Assembly (NCBI RefSeq): GCF_006345805.1
Contig: NC_043010.1
Location: 49,104,001 to 49,168,000 of the forward strand
From: Octopus sinensis
Taxonomy: Eukaryota
Length of the DNA stretch: 64,000 bases
Reading direction: 5' to 3'
The stretch's first letter is position 1, and each line of letters starts with the position of its first letter. The notes beneath the pieces were generated by a model that was given only the letters and a program-made list of their open reading frames with translations, was not told where the DNA came from and did no database searches. The position numbers and the translations under genes were made by a program. Below are positions 62,499 to 64,000 of the stretch, piece after piece.

Positions 62499-63419
62499 AG
62501 AGCCAAATACTAGAGATAATTGGTCAATAGTTAAGGTAACTTAAGAGCTCTACATTCAAGTGAAGCTACAGCCATCAACTATAGAATGAAAGTAATGGCA
62601 AACTTCCTTTACATTCTGTCAAAAAATTCTTCTACAAGCAAACAAAGAACACTAAGAGAATAAAGTATACAGAACAAGATATTTTCCTTAAAAATTGTTT
62701 GTCTTAACAATAGACAACCACTACCAAATACTTGTACTCATTTTATTCAGATTATAACAATGGAAAAAACAAAATACAAAAAAAAAACCCAGCAAGCTTC
62801 ACTCATTGTTTATGGCCAACTACCAACCAATCTACTTGAACCAGTTTTATTTCTCCATCAGAATTAATTATCTTCACATCACAAACTTCCAGCAAAACAA
62901 ACCTTTACATGAATTTTGGGCATCCAGTGCTCACCAATACTTATCAATTAACTCATAATCATTATATTATACACTCTGAAAACAAAAAAAAATTCTATCA
63001 AAGCATTCTTGAAAAACATGACCTCATTAATATCCACAAGCAAACCAACAAGAGCCCTAACAGTTAATAACTTGTTAGAGAGAGCAGCTAATCTTTTCTT
63101 AAATCATACTGTACGTCTTTAAAAGCTGAGAACTAAATTACATAATGTAGTCCTTTATATTCCTAAAAGACTAGATGGTCCTAGTTAGTATACTTTTGAC
63201 TGTGGTTGAATTCAACTTGATTCCACGTAGCCCAACTTACATGAAGGCCTAGTAATAATAGATGTTACTGTCTGGTATTTGAAATGCAGTCTCTGAGGGC
63301 TTCTAGAGGACAAGGGTGCCCTTCCTCTGGATAAAAAATAAAAACGAAAAGCAATAACAATTCTCTAATATAATATAAAGCTTCAAGATTTATATTATAT
63401 TAGAAGTATTATTGTATTA

Positions 63420-63660
63420 CCTGCTTGAGTGCTTAAGATACCTCCATCAAACTGCAGATCATGCATAGCAGAAAGATAGATCCTCAAAATAAAGGCCAGC
63501 AACAAGTGGTTAATGGAGAGCAGAGTTGAGAGAGGGATTCCTTTGCCTGTAGAGACAGATGCCATGGTGAATGAATTTGTGAATAATATTATACATTTAT
63601 CCATCATAGCTAGACCGAAGGTTATGTATCAGTGAGGAGGTCTAATAAGATCAAAACATG
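63420..63660 (-). mobile_element. Possible highly decayed reverse transcriptase fragment
   Basis: IHNLRSSYDG*MYNIIHKF and GKGIPLSTLLSINHL loosely resemble the LLHKL..YG..G...II.SF and QGS.L.P.LF.I.INDL motifs of CR1/L2 RTs. Confidence 0.3.
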
Positions 63661-64000
63661 TCCACAGTTTTCACTCATATTTATATCAAAATTTGTAAAC
63701 AACACTCATTCATTTAGAGTTTTCTAATAGATCGATTACTGGGTGACTACATTTCCAATGGTGATTGTGACCCGGGATAATTTGATGCAAAACAAATATC
63801 ACAAGAGATTTTGTTTGAAGAACACTTACACACTACACATATGTACATGCATATATGTGTGTATACATACATACCTATACATTTGCAAAAAGCACACAGT
63901 ACACCCTGTGGAATAGTTTGTATTAGGAAGAGCATCCAGCCACAGAAATCAAGCAAAAACAGACTATGGAACCTTGTGCAGACTCTGGTCTTGCCAGTTC

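Overview
AT-rich, repeat-dense animal genomic DNA, very likely an octopus. This is inferred from the SINE families, the (TA)n/(CA)n microsatellite load and the long introns. The only protein-coding gene I can support is an LST2/ZFYVE28 (lateral signaling target 2) orthologue on the minus strand. I hand-assembled 11 coding exons (40281 down to 3977), all with GT-AG boundaries and consistent phases. They total 3093 nt, i.e. 1030 aa plus stop, and run from [17 protein letters not shown] to a C-terminal FYVE finger. The short first coding exon was not found and probably lies beyond 64000. The introns hold at least five SINE-like families (my labels A-E), mariner, hAT and piggyBac-like MITEs, RTE and CR1/L2 LINE remnants, and Penelope-like fragments. 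The most notable items are: an apparently intact minimal hammerhead ribozyme (24262-24296); a ~96-bp-arm near-perfect hairpin (47947-48160); an 8-bp-TSD MITE with telomere-like repeats inserted into the CTGATGA box of a Penelope-like element; and a retroposon family with a variable-copy array of hairpin units. I found no convincing wholly new protein system. Exon coordinates were counted base by base. Repeat coordinates are approximate (about +/-10-20 nt) and family assignments come from motif recognition, not database searches.
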